Virus record (IMG/VR): IMGVR_UViG_3300045988_098681
From: a virus
DNA length: 64,000 nt
Direction: 5' to 3' (one strand)
The notes under the pieces are model-generated. The model saw only the letters and a program-made list of their open reading frames with translations, was not told the origin of the DNA and searched no databases. The position numbers and the translations under genes were made by a program. Within the stretch, counting starts at the first letter, position 1, and each line of letters begins with the position of its first letter. Below are positions 29,161 through 39,925 of this stretch, in pieces.

Positions 29161-30103
29161 TTAACCCCGAACAATAGCAAGATTTTGTAATTGTCTTACA
29201 AAGTCTTTTGCGTTGTCGGATTGTACGGTAAGATTTTGAATTGTAATGGAGTGGTCGTTTGTAATCACAGACGATTGCGCACCCATTAGATTCTTTGGAT
29301 TGATTCTACCCCAATCCATAAGGTTTTTCGTTAAGTCAGCAGGAATAATGCCTGTTCCCTTCTTTAGAAAATCATAGTTTCCCGTAGGAGGAATCATAAG
29401 CTCGTCACCAAGCTCGTTGACATTATAAACACCTGTCTTTGGAAGAGAAAGCGAACCCGAAGCCTTCTTGCCTGCTTTTTTAAGTGGGTCAGCAGTGCCA
29501 GCTTTAACTTTTTTCTTTGAGGTCTTGGTACTAGAAGCTCTATAATGTAAATTACCTTGTGCATCGTACCAAACTTCTACCTCGTATCCCTCAGCACGTC
29601 TTTGGTCGATATTGGCTTGAACTGCACGATTACGGATTTCTTGTGCCGACATGGTTTCTTGGTAATAGTAGGTTGCATCTGTTGTTTTTGTAGATGCAGG
29701 TTTCCATTCCGGAACGACCATGTTGTTTGCATTATTGAGGGCTGAATTTGCTAAATCAAGCTCCTTTTGAGCTGCATTAACAGCTTGGATTGCCGCAATA
29801 ACCTCTTGTGTCCCACTAATGTACGAGTTCTTCCAATTTGTAAAGTTTTGTGTTCGACCTTGGAATATGGCTTGTTCAATAGTCATGCCAAGTTCCGCTT
29901 CAATGTTGTAGCGGTTAAGAGCCTTTGTTTGCTCATCAATTACATCTTGGTATGCTTTCTTTTCATCTTCTTTTTTCTTAATTAAATCCTCAAGAGCCTT
30001 AATTTGTTCTTGAATTGCTTGCTTTTCTTTTTCGCGCTTTCGAGCAGTATCAAAATCATCGAGTGCGGTTTGAGCATCCTTTACTTTTTTAGGGTCAGCA
30101 GTC
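29161..30103 (-). CDS. tail tape-measure protein, exon 2
   Basis: The frame is open from 30105 (WTADPKKVKDAQ...), well upstream of the ORF-track ATG at 29886. It continues the coiled-coil TMP and ends with a typical TMP C-terminus. Confidence 0.7.
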
Positions 30104-31502
30104 CATCAGTCTGTTACTTTTATGACCTATAAAAATAGGCGAGCTGGCATTTCTACCAACTTCTCACATTTCATTATTTGATTATAGTGTGAGTTCGGAC
30201 TATATATTAAATCTGTCTAAACAGATTAACAACTTCAATATATATGTTACCATATATATCCTGTAGTCTCTACGGATTTTAAATGTTAATAAAAAAGTTC
30301 TGATAAAATATTTTTTATATTTTTATACTCCCAATAAGGTATTTCAATAAATCTGATATTATGTTTTCTACAATATTCTCTTTTAATGTTATCTCTAATT
30401 TGTCCATTTTTAAAATTTTGTAAAGCCTCTTCTTTTGATGAGCCAAATGTTACAACCTCATAATGTTGTTGCCCCATATATTCAATTACACAATTATACT
30501 CTGGGAGATAAAAGTCATATTCTAGTGAGTTAATATATTTACATTTATCAAGGACACATTGTTCTATATATTCTATCCCCATCTCATCTAAAAATTTAGA
30601 AACTTCTCGTTCGCCAATAGTAGCATAGCATTTTGGACATTTTCTACCTACCAACATTTTGTTTGGAATCATCTCAAATTCCTTATGGCAAATATTACAT
30701 TTACATAAAATAGGAGTAGAATTATTAATATATTCACCTAAAATCTCATAACTTTTATCTCTTCTTGCATCGTTTATCAAATCTTCTTTAGTAAAATTCA
30801 ATAAATGACAACTACACTTATTCCTCTTTGCCATTAACCTCAAAGATTGCAACATGCAAGATTGAACCCCTTTATTCTTGTGCCTTTTACAAATATAAGA
30901 AACCCTACTTTTTCTTCTTTGATTTTTTCTATCAATACCTACATAAATCAATCCCGCATTGTCGCACAAATTATTTAATTCATTTACATTAAAAGGTTTC
31001 AATAAATTTTCATCTTCTCTCATTGCATTATATCTACATTCGTTATTGCAATATATTTTATCATATAACTTATATCTTGCCAATGAAATTCTTATAGAAT
31101 TACCACAATATGAACATTTCGTAGAAATAGACTTATTGGTTATGTTTAAAAAATTATCTAAAAGAAATATAATATCATCTAAATTTTTATTGCTGTCATT
31201 TAAAACAATTTCATTCAAACATTTCTTTTGATATAATAATTGATACAATAAATCATCTAATTCGCCTATATGCCAATTAGTTTCCAATAAAACTTTTTCT
31301 ACCTCTTCTTTTCTTCTATAATAAAAACTATATATCTTACAATTTTTATCTATTTTATATGGACATACAAAACACTCATATCCACAATATTGTAACTTTT
31401 TCATAACATTTAATCTTTCCTCGGTCTACACTATCTCTAGTCTTTAACCGATATAGTTGTTTTATTCGATATATGTCTCCATATAAAGGGGCATGTTAGT
31501 CT
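30104..31502 (-). mobile_element. group I intron carrying an endonuclease ORF, inserted in the tape-measure gene
   Basis: P1 pairs exon GGGU (31506..31503) with GCCC (31492..31489), giving U-G at the splice site. P7 is GAGACUACAGG (GACUA at 30268..30264) with AUAUAGUCCG (UAGUC at 30202..30198). The intron ends CUGAUG. The GU+G junction restores the frame (..SSLGWV-TADPKK..), and exon lengths sum to 4374 nt, a multiple of 3. Confidence 0.7.
30286..31404 (-). CDS. intron-encoded putative homing endonuclease (multi-Zn-ribbon N-terminus + PD-(D/E)XK/Vsr-like C-terminal domain)
   Basis: Has several CxxC...CxxC pairs. The C-terminus EYDFYLPEYNCVIEYMGQQHY...RDNIKREYCRKHNIRFIEIPYWE fits the D...ExK restriction-endonuclease-like fold. 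It is very AT-rich relative to the flanks and lies wholly inside the intron, upstream of P7. Confidence 0.6.
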   Translation of the reverse strand: MKKLQYCGYECFVCPYKIDKNCKIYSFYYRRKEEVEKVLLETNWHIGELDDLLYQLLYQKKCLNEIVLNDSNKNLDDIIFLLDNFLNITNKSISTKCSYCGNSIRISLARYKLYDKIYCNNECRYNAMREDENLLKPFNVNELNNLCDNAGLIYVGIDRKNQRRKSRVSYICKRHKNKGVQSCMLQSLRLMAKRNKCSCHLLNFTKEDLINDARRDKSYEILGEYINNSTPILCKCNICHKEFEMIPNKMLVGRKCPKCYATIGEREVSKFLDEMGIEYIEQCVLDKCKYINSLEYDFYLPEYNCVIEYMGQQHYEVVTFGSSKEEALQNFKNGQIRDNIKREYCRKHNIRFIEIPYWEYKNIKNILSELFY

Positions 31503-34500
31503 ACCCATCCTAAACTGCTGTCATATACCCTAACCGTCTTTTGCTTCTTGGCTTCTTCAAGTGCATTAACCAACTTAATACGTTCAGCCTGTTTATCAAG
31601 AGCTTCATTTTGCTCGTCCATAAGGTCAAGTTGTTCGTTAAGTTTTGCAATTTGCTCATTATAGCCATCTATCGTTTTGTCGATAATTTCTGTTTGCTCG
31701 TCTGCATAGAATTGCAAGGCTGATATAAACGCATTGGCTCTATCTTGTCTCTTTTGAGCTTCTTCTAACTTCTTTTGAGCTGCTTCGACTGCGGCTTCGG
31801 CGGCTTCAATCGCCGCTTGTTTAAGAGCCTTGGCAACCTCGTTCTTTGCTGCATAAGCTGCATCTACAAGTGCATTACGAGTCACCTTAACCATTGACTT
31901 GTCTAATGCACCCGACTTAACAGATTGTCTTATAGATTTTTCGGACTTCTTTTGAGCTTCGTCTACCTTCTTTTGGTATTGCTCGGCTGTTAGTTGTCCG
32001 CTTTCATATTGCTTTTTAAGATTATCAAAGAGAGCAGTGTAGCCCTTTTTAATATAATCTCGATAGCTATCAAAGTCTATTTTACCATTCTTATAGAACT
32101 TTTTAGCGTATTTCCAAAGCTCATTATAATACTTTTCGCCATCAATTTGCCCCTCTTTATAACGATATTCAATCTCGCTAAAGATGTCCTTAACAGCGGT
32201 CGTATTATATTGCTTATATGTGTCAAGCATGGATTTTGCGTCACTTGCATAATCCGAACCCATTTTCTTGAGCTTGTCGTAGTAAGATTTGCCGCGCTTT
32301 TGCACATTAGAATAATATTCAGATGCGCTTATTTCACCCTTTTGATATGCGTCCTTTTGAGCCTTTTGGTATTCCTCAAGACGTTTCTTATAGATGGAGA
32401 GGTAATCTTTCTTTTCTTTTTTACCTTTACCATCTCCGCCATCTCCGCCACCACTAACACCTTTACTATAAACCTTAATTTTACTAAGTTCAGCAATCAC
32501 CTTTTGAGATGTTGCAATTACATTCTCCCATTTATCTTTAGATTGACTTGCGACATCTTCTGCTAAGGCATCTGGGGATTTTAGCTTTGTCTTTGAGAAC
32601 ATATCGCTAGATACATTCTTCATCAGCTTATTTGTGGTAGGCGCAGAAACCGACATAACTTTGGCAAGTTGTTCTCTAGCTTTTATCTCATTTTCTGTTT
32701 GAGCGATTATGGATTCTGCCTCTGCAATGATTGCTTTTTGTGTTGCAATCGCAGAATCTTTTGCGGCTTGTGATACAAAATAGTATGTATCTCCAACCTC
32801 TACAAGTTGATTCTTATAAACCTCATAAATGCTTTGTGACGATGAATAAACTCCATTTAATTTTCCAGTAGCATCACGAAGTTTTTCAACTTTACTTTTC
32901 GCTCCGTCAAGAGTGCCTTTTGCGCCATCATAAGCACCCATAAGAAGTTTAAGTTTATCATAATTTTCTTTTTGTGAGTTTGTAAGTTCCCCACCAGAGT
33001 CTATGATATTTTGAAGAGCATTATAATATTCTACAAGCGAATCAATATTCCCAACCTTATCTAAGAAATCTTGAGCCGATATTGCCCCAAGATTATATTG
33101 GCTAGTAACTTCTTTGAGAAGTTTTAGTTTGGTATCTAAAGCCTCTTGACCTGTTACATCTTTATAACGTGTCCCTTGTTCGCCTTCATATGCCTTTTTT
33201 GCCTCTATTAAATTTAAGTAAGCATTGGCAACCTTACCTAAATCATCAGATGTTTTAGCAATGTGTTGGTTGCGAAGCTCTTTAAACTTGCCAGTTAAAA
33301 CACCGACCGCAACACCTAAGCCGAGGAATACCGCAGCATATGGTGCGATAGAAGCAAGCATTGGAATTAAAGATGCTAGAACAGGAGACAAACGACCTAG
33401 TGCTTTTGCAAGCCCTAAAGTTTTTACTATATCATGTATGGTAGCAATTATAATAGGGAGGTCTTTAAGTATCTTTTTAGCTGCTCCAAGCACACTAACA
33501 ATTTTCTTTACTACCGATAGAAATTCTTTAGCAGAGCCGATTGCACCTGTAAATAAGCTACCTGCAATTTTGAACCCCTTGATTATAAGAAGGGCTTTGG
33601 CTATTTTTGTGATTGTGCTAATAGCTTGTTCGTTTTCGGCTAAAGAACGAAGCGCAGAATTAACTTTGTCTAATAAATCTCCAATAGCTTCTGAATTTGC
33701 AAAAGCTAAAACTAATTCAGCCCAAGAATCTTTAATTGCTTTAATCTTCTTGTTAAGATTCTCCATCGCACGAGCATTTTCATCAAGTGCAGAACCCGAA
33801 GAATTGAGGGCAATATCGTGTGCTTTAAGAACTGTATCAAAGTTTTGGAGAATGGCTGATAAATTCTGTGTCTGATTTGCGCCTGCTTGTATGTTAAGAT
33901 AGTAAAGTTGTTCGTCTTTACTTAATTGATTCCAAATTTTCGATACATCTGCAAGTGTATCATATAATTTACGTTGATTGCCTTCTTGGTCTTTAATAGC
34001 AATATTATGTTCTTTGTACCATTTAACAAGTTTCTGACCTGTAGAAGATGTTTCATCAATAGTTTGATTGTAGCGGCTTTGCACGCTTACAAGCGCACGA
34101 GAAACTTTTGCACCAGAACGTGTAATCTCCACCCCTGCCGTCATTAAGGAGAGTACATCTTCGTATGTATTCCCACCGACAGCTAATGCAGCAGATGCTT
34201 TTCCAATATTTGTTGCGAGGTCGGCGGAACTTACGGCTGTACGATTTGATACCTCGTTTATTGCATCTATGATGTGCATAGCATCATCAGCTGTCATATT
34301 AAATGCCTTCATTTGGCTAATAATAAAATTAGCCGCTTCGCCAGCATTAAGTTCTTCGTCCGCGATGTTTTGGTAAAGCGACGCCACTCTTGCTAACGTT
34401 GCAGATTCCTCTTCACCAAAACCAGATTTTACAAATTCCGTAGCGGCATCTACCATTTGCGCCCTTGATTTTCCGACCTCTTGACCCATCTTGCCAAGTT

Positions 34501-34933
34501 TTTCAGTATATTCGTCAAGAGACTCACCAGACAAATCTGAAACCTTCTTTAGTTCAGTTAAAGAATCTTCAAACTCTAACAATGGTTGTATCGCTTGACC
34601 AAAGTTTACAACTACGTTCTTTACCGCTTGAAATACACCATTTATAGACTGCAACTTTCGACCCATGGACTCAAAGTTTTCACCTAAAGTCTGTGCTCCA
34701 CTTGCAGTCCTTGTAAACGTTGTGCTAAGAGTATTCCCCTCACTATCCAATTTTTTCATCTCAAGATAAGCGTTACCTGCCGTATCTTTAAGCTTTGAAA
34801 ATTCTTGAGTTATCTTAGGAATCCCATTTGCATCAAATGTTATCTTTTGTGTTTTGCTGACTTCTCTAAGCTGTTTTTTTATGTCATTGACATCAACTTG
34901 CGCCTTTATATTAAGCTTGAAATCATCAGCCAT
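31503..34933 (-). CDS. tail tape-measure protein, exon 1
   Basis: A protein of more than 1100 aa that is alpha-helical and coiled-coil, with a central hydrophobic glycine/alanine-rich segment, located upstream of the baseplate genes. Confidence 0.8.
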
Positions 34934-34957
34934 ATTTATACCCCCTTTCTACAGAGG

Positions 34958-35578
34958 TTATCTTTTTAGTTCTTCTATAATATCCGAAAAGCCCACTTCG
35001 TTATATTTATACTCGTCATAAATCACACTCGCTACAATGTTAATTGCATCTGCAATATCATCATCGTTTTGTTTAGAGCCAAAACTTTTCCACTCTAAAT
35101 CAATGCCAAAAGCACGATTGACTAGGTCAATACTCATTTTTTTCTCATAAGCCTTAGTCTTACCTTTGAGCTTTTCTAAGTCCTTTTTATTCCACTTTAA
35201 GTCCTTTTTCGCTTGATTGTATTCTTTACTATGTGTTAGGTTGATATTTACTTTGTTCTTCCATGTTTCAACAGGAATAAATTCAACATCAACACCGAAC
35301 ACACCCATAACACCAAGCACAATCCCTTGCAAAGCACCAAGCGTTTTAACTGTTTGAGAATTGTTGATAATTGGTGGTACATCTTCAATATACACTTTAT
35401 CAATATGGTTTTCTCGCATAATCTCGCCTAGTTTGCCTGCCATATATGTAATCCTATTACGCCAATCTTTTTCTTGTGTGCTAAGTATCTCAATACACCC
35501 ATAGTCCACAAGCTCTTTGTCACAAAAGATTGCGTAACCAGTTTTTTGGGTAGACATATCCAACCCTAAAATCTTCAT
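34958..35578 (-). CDS. RuvC-like Holliday junction resolvase
   Basis: ILGLDMSTQKTGYA (catalytic D), VYIEDV (E) and DDDIADAINIA (D): the RuvC/RNase H-fold pattern. Confidence 0.7.
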   Translation of the reverse strand: MKILGLDMSTQKTGYAIFCDKELVDYGCIEILSTQEKDWRNRITYMAGKLGEIMRENHIDKVYIEDVPPIINNSQTVKTLGALQGIVLGVMGVFGVDVEFIPVETWKNKVNINLTHSKEYNQAKKDLKWNKKDLEKLKGKTKAYEKKMSIDLVNRAFGIDLEWKSFGSKQNDDDIADAINIVASVIYDEYKYNEVGFSDIIEELKR

Positions 35579-35599
35579 CCTTTTTATTCCTTTCGTACC

Positions 35600-36121
35600 T
35601 TAAAAAGAGAACGCAAAGCCAACTTTACTTACGTCAAGTCCTGCGCTTATACATTCTCGTTGAAAAATGTTTGTTAAATTTTCATTACACCACTTCTCGA
35701 ACTCATCCCAAAATGGTCTTGCCTCGATTGCAGGAAAGTTAATATGGGACTCTGATATACCACTATTGATGATATTATCAAGTTCATTGATTGTTAAGGC
35801 TCTACCTTCGACAACTGAACCATGACTAAATGGTTGATGCCAAGTTAGGGGGAGCATTTGCATAATTGACGCTTCAACAGCACTTCCTCTTAGACCTCTT
35901 ACCATCTTTGCTTTTGTCTTACCCCATGTATCGTAAAACTCATGCGTCCTGCCGAACTCGCCACCATAGCCATTCGTCCAAGTCGCATTATAAGAATACA
36001 CAGTATGTTCAATAATATCTAGCAATTTATTCAAGGCAACTTCTGTCGTGCTATCTATTGCAATTTTTAACTTATCATATATAGCCGATTTTAGTTCGGT
36101 GGTACTATTTATCGTTTCCAT
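35600..36121 (-). CDS. hypothetical protein
   Basis: 173-aa ORF between the tail tube and the tape measure. Confidence 0.55.
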   Translation of the reverse strand: METINSTTELKSAIYDKLKIAIDSTTEVALNKLLDIIEHTVYSYNATWTNGYGGEFGRTHEFYDTWGKTKAKMVRGLRGSAVEASIMQMLPLTWHQPFSHGSVVEGRALTINELDNIINSGISESHINFPAIEARPFWDEFEKWCNENLTNIFQRECISAGLDVSKVGFAFSF

Positions 36122-36551
36122 CTTCTTGTTTCTCGCTTTGATTTAAAAACTTCTCAGCAAGTTCAGTTAATTTTGATTCTGTTGGCATAGCTTTTGCAAG
36201 GTTATCAAGTTCATTTGTCATTTTATCGCAAAGTCTAGTAAGTGCAAAATCCATAGATTCATAAACATGAACTTTTTCTTTGATTTCAATAACATAATCG
36301 TAAACAAGACTCAAAATATCATTCCACAAGCCACTTGTTACAACTGTATCGTAATCAACTTCTTCGTCCTCTGCAATATCGGTACAAGCCGCTAATACAC
36401 CAAATAAAAGCACAACTTGTCTATTAAATAAATCGTCCTCGGCAAGCATAAGCTCACAAATTTTCTTTTCCTGCTCGATTGTTAAATATGGTGTAACATT
36501 AATGTCAAACTTTTCCAAGTAAACATTCTCAGGTCTTTTTAATCCTTTCAT
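36105..36551 (-). CDS. acidic hypothetical protein (tail assembly chaperone candidate or toxin partner)
   Basis: 148 aa, strongly acidic. Its start overlaps the stop of the MazF-like gene (ATGA). Confidence 0.45.
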   Translation of the reverse strand: MKGLKRPENVYLEKFDINVTPYLTIEQEKKICELMLAEDDLFNRQVVLLFGVLAACTDIAEDEEVDYDTVVTSGLWNDILSLVYDYVIEIKEKVHVYESMDFALTRLCDKMTNELDNLAKAMPTESKLTELAEKFLNQSEKQEDGNDK

Positions 36552-36916
36552 TCCTTTTCCTCCATCTTGAAATTCTTTAGAAATGCCTCTAAAATAAACC
36601 CCTTATCCATTTCTTTTACCATGCCAAGATACTTTTGTACTTGAAGAGCAACATCTATTGTCACAACTTGCTCACAAAGTATCGTATTTTCTTCGTAATC
36701 AAAAAATGGATAGTCGGACTTTTTCAAAATATAATGGGTCGGCATTTTAGATTTGGTTTGGCTACTTGTAATTGGCACACATATCGTTGTAGTGCTACAA
36801 GCATTACCTATTGCATTTTGCAATATAAGACAAGGGCGAACCCCATTTTGAACAGAACCGCCCTTGTCCCCCAAATCTACAATATATATCCCCCATTGAT
36901 TTACGAACTTTCTCAT
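36548..36916 (-). CDS. MazF/PemK-family toxin-like endoribonuclease
   Basis: WGIYIVDLGDKGGSVQNGVRPCLILQN...ICVPITSSQTKSKMPTHYIL matches the PemK pattern (G-D-I-y-x-v-d-l ... G-x-E-q-x-G-x-R-P-x-l-v-l ... v-x-P-i-T-s). ATG at 36916 lies 1 nt after the upstream stop. Confidence 0.7.
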   Translation of the reverse strand: MRKFVNQWGIYIVDLGDKGGSVQNGVRPCLILQNAIGNACSTTTICVPITSSQTKSKMPTHYILKKSDYPFFDYEENTILCEQVVTIDVALQVQKYLGMVKEMDKGFILEAFLKNFKMEEKE

Positions 36917-36917
36917 G

Positions 36918-37235
36918 TTAAATAATTTGTAAAAGCGACCCCACAACTGCTCCACCTATACCCGAAACTGCACAAGTAATAAGTGTTTTCTTTGCATTGT
37001 TCCAAGCCTCAACAGGTTGCATCTCTAAGGCGCGGATTCTTCCATCTTCTCTTTCTTGGGTGTCCGCTAATCTTCTTTGTTCGTGAGTCATTTGTTCCAT
37101 ATTAGCTGCCATAACTTCAACGGAAGTTGCCAAACGATTTACATTTTCGCCAAGCTCTTCTAGCTTATCCATTCTGTACGTGAGACTTTTTATATCTTTT
37201 TTTAATCCTTGTACGGTAACTTCCATGCTCTCCAT
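36918..37235 (-). CDS. coiled-coil protein with C-terminal TM anchor (XhlA-like architecture)
   Basis: A ~80-aa helical region followed by TLITCAVSGIGGAVVGSLLQII. The architecture resembles PBSX XhlA-type proteins; assignment is tentative. Confidence 0.35.
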   Translation of the reverse strand: MESMEVTVQGLKKDIKSLTYRMDKLEELGENVNRLATSVEVMAANMEQMTHEQRRLADTQEREDGRIRALEMQPVEAWNNAKKTLITCAVSGIGGAVVGSLLQII

Positions 37236-37250
37236 AATAACTACCCCCTG

Positions 37251-37565
37251 TTATACAACTTTCGCAGTACTTAAAGTTCCATCGTTGGAAACCTTAATTT
37301 GCCACTTTGTTCCATCTGGGGAGGTAATGTAGTGAGCATCAACGTAATTTTTATTTGTAGCCTCTTTCGCATCACTAGGGTCTGGAACTACAATACTATC
37401 TGTAACATCTAAGTGATTAATTACAGCATCGCCATCAACCTTAATGTTCTTAAATAGAACAGCGTTTTCTATCCCTTTGTTCATGGTTAATTCGCCATTT
37501 TCGTTGATTGCAAATGAGCTAGAATCAACTGGAATTAACCCACCACAATTTCCTCTAACATTCAT
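37251..37565 (-). CDS. hypothetical protein
   Basis: Start moved to the ATG after GGGAGGAAAAC (MNVRGNCGG...). Confidence 0.55.
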   Translation of the reverse strand: MNVRGNCGGLIPVDSSSFAINENGELTMNKGIENAVLFKNIKVDGDAVINHLDVTDSIVVPDPSDAKEATNKNYVDAHYITSPDGTKWQIKVSNDGTLSTAKVV

Positions 37566-37935
37566 CTTGTTTTCCTCCCTTTTTCTTTTTAGGAGTAACT
37601 TTTGGCTCAAACCCCTTTACATACCATTCGCCATCAACATTCGCAACCTCTACAAATTCCGGTGTATAGTCGTATGGGTTCTTGATGGAGTATACAAAAT
37701 CGCCAATTTCAACATAAAGTTCTCCATTTATCTCAAAGCGAACTTTGTTCATTCCTGTTGGCACAACTACTTCATCCTTTCCTAGTTTACATTTATCCAT
37801 TGTATCAAGTGGCTTCCACCGATGTTCATTTTGACACCTTCTTACAAATGGGCAAGTTTCACCGCTTTTACCACAAGTACAAAATTCTTCATATTTCCCA
37901 ATTTGGCAATATTTACAAAACATGTGCCACCTCAT
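37555..37935 (-). CDS. Cys-rich hypothetical protein
   Basis: The N-terminal 45 aa contain 7 Cys (CKYCQ...CTCG...CPFVRRC), suggesting metal binding. Confidence 0.55.
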   Translation of the reverse strand: MRWHMFCKYCQIGKYEEFCTCGKSGETCPFVRRCQNEHRWKPLDTMDKCKLGKDEVVVPTGMNKVRFEINGELYVEIGDFVYSIKNPYDYTPEFVEVANVDGEWYVKGFEPKVTPKKKKGGKQDEC

Positions 37936-37981
37936 TCAAAATTGAGAGGACAAAAAGATGTCCTCTCAAAAGTTAATCGAA

Positions 37982-39049
37982 TTATTCAACCGTAATACTT
38001 GCATATCCTTCGATTGGGTTCTCGTTGCCAGCAGTATCAGTAGCAACAATCTTAATCGTTGCAGTTCCTTTTTCAGAAGCAGTAACTAAGCCCTCTGCGG
38101 AAACCGTAGCCGTAGCACTTGGAGTAACGGTATAAGTCATTTTAGTGTTGTCTAACGGCTTCGTGGATAAAGATGCACCATCATTGTATACTCCCCAAAG
38201 TTTAAGGGTAGTCGTTTCGGTTGTCTTTAATCTAATGTCAGCATTGTCTACTGCGATAGTAGTTAAACCATCATACCAATTTGTACCGTCAATAATCTCT
38301 GTAAAGATAGCATAATTACCACCATCATTTTGGCAATCAGTAGTAGCTTTATATGGTAAAGCAGTACCAGAGAAGTTAGTGGTAGATGCTCCACCCGATG
38401 TCAACGACATATCAATAGACGGGTCTGGTAAGAATCTAGGAATCTTAACTTCAAGAGTACCAACCCTATAAGATTGAGTAAGGCTAGTTGTGCCTGCTCT
38501 AAATAGAGGATATTGAAGAATCATAGTGATTTCTTTCGGAATGATATTAGTCGGAATTACGAATTGTCTAGACGCTTCTTTATCTGCACAGAACTTAACA
38601 CAAACTTCCGAACCCAATTTAAGGTTAGGAACTTTTGCTACTTTACCCTCAAATGTGAGCTTTTTCCATTCGTCTTTACCAGCATAGCTCCACCAACCTA
38701 AAACGCCAAGTCCCTCTAAGGCAACAGGAGTTTCAGTAACCGTGATTTCATTTTCTTTTACAGTAGTGATAGATTCTAATACAATACCATTAGAACCAAC
38801 AGTAATTGCTGCGCCCATCTTTAAGGAAAGATATTCCAAAGAGAACAAGGCATCAGTTAATGTGGCATTCATAACGGAATCGTGGAAGTATTTTCCTAAA
38901 ATCGGATTAGCTAATCCTCCTCTGATATCTTCACTAGTGACCTCAACACTTAACGAAGATTCAGTATAAGTGTCACCACTTACTACTAATTCGCCAGCGG
39001 AGTTGACACCCATACCAGTACCAACACCAGCCAAAATATATTTTGCCAT
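37982..39049 (-). CDS. major tail (tube) protein with C-terminal Ig-like (Big_2-type) domain
   Basis: The C-terminus TYTVTPSATATVSAEGLVTASEKGTATIKIVATD is a Big_2-like motif. The gene follows a strong RBS and sits upstream of the chaperone/TMP region. Confidence 0.6.
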   Translation of the reverse strand: MAKYILAGVGTGMGVNSAGELVVSGDTYTESSLSVEVTSEDIRGGLANPILGKYFHDSVMNATLTDALFSLEYLSLKMGAAITVGSNGIVLESITTVKENEITVTETPVALEGLGVLGWWSYAGKDEWKKLTFEGKVAKVPNLKLGSEVCVKFCADKEASRQFVIPTNIIPKEITMILQYPLFRAGTTSLTQSYRVGTLEVKIPRFLPDPSIDMSLTSGGASTTNFSGTALPYKATTDCQNDGGNYAIFTEIIDGTNWYDGLTTIAVDNADIRLKTTETTTLKLWGVYNDGASLSTKPLDNTKMTYTVTPSATATVSAEGLVTASEKGTATIKIVATDTAGNENPIEGYASITVE

Positions 39050-39070
39050 AGTAGCTTTTCTCCTTTCATA

Positions 39071-39925
39071 TTATACAGATTGATTAGACTTTGTAAAAGA
39101 CTCTGCATTTACAAAGACCTCTGAAAATCTTTCTTTGTTTGTTTTATATGCCCAATGTTCGATGTCTGGCAATTTCTTGTCCGTCATAGCATGCGCTCTA
39201 TAATTATGCTCTACAACATAATCAGTTCGTCTTATTGCAATATGGAAAATTTGTTCAACACTTATCATAGTCATATTTGCAACTTGAGATTTTACAACTC
39301 CAAGTTCTGACATAACCGATAAAACTTTTTCCTCGAACGTGGGCGGTTTTATGCCTTTGTTGCGCATAGAATAGTATTTTTCTACAATCTCTCGAACGTC
39401 ATCATTTACAAATTCATCGAAGTAATCATAAATGTTTTGGTAGTGGATATATTTATTGATTGTATCGAAATCAGAAGAATCAAGTTCGCAACCCTTTATC
39501 TTGATTTTTAACAACCCATCTATATCAATAAAGTCAATATCATATCCATTCAAATGGAAAATAAGTTCTCCATCTTTTCCGAGTTCATTCCAAAATGCAC
39601 CACGCTTTATCCTGTTGTTCTCACAATTTGTTTCTTCAACCCCAAAGCATAAGCACATAATTGTAATAAACTTTTCTCTCCACCCAATATCATTCAAAAT
39701 TAACCCGAACAAGAATTGTAAATAACTCATTTGAATAATTTGTATATCTGGTATTCTATTCTTTTGTATATCAAAAACTGTTAAACTAGGCATAAATCTA
39801 TAATAATCCCTCGATTTTATGGGATAAATCAATAAATCTTTATATGGAATTGGCTCATCAAACGCTCTGTACTTTTCGATAGTTGCGTTAATATCACATG
39901 CCACAAGTGCTATCTCCTTGTACAT
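39071..39925 (-). CDS. hypothetical protein
   Basis: ~285-aa ORF; the start is ambiguous (ATG 39925 or GTG 39904 after AAGGAG). Confidence 0.5.
   Translation of the reverse strand: MYKEIALVACDINATIEKYRAFDEPIPYKDLLIYPIKSRDYYRFMPSLTVFDIQKNRIPDIQIIQMSYLQFLFGLILNDIGWREKFITIMCLCFGVEETNCENNRIKRGAFWNELGKDGELIFHLNGYDIDFIDIDGLLKIKIKGCELDSSDFDTINKYIHYQNIYDYFDEFVNDDVREIVEKYYSMRNKGIKPPTFEEKVLSVMSELGVVKSQVANMTMISVEQIFHIAIRRTDYVVEHNYRAHAMTDKKLPDIEHWAYKTNKERFSEVFVNAESFTKSNQSV

Noticed and set aside
33225-33875. 216-aa plus-strand ORF inside the tape-measure gene (also 31994-32566 at 190 aa, and 12275-12841 minus-strand inside nrdJ)
   Set aside because: These are antisense shadow ORFs of long, compositionally biased genes. 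They have no RBS, and their repetitive Ala/Ser/Ile-rich sequences mirror the sense-strand codons.
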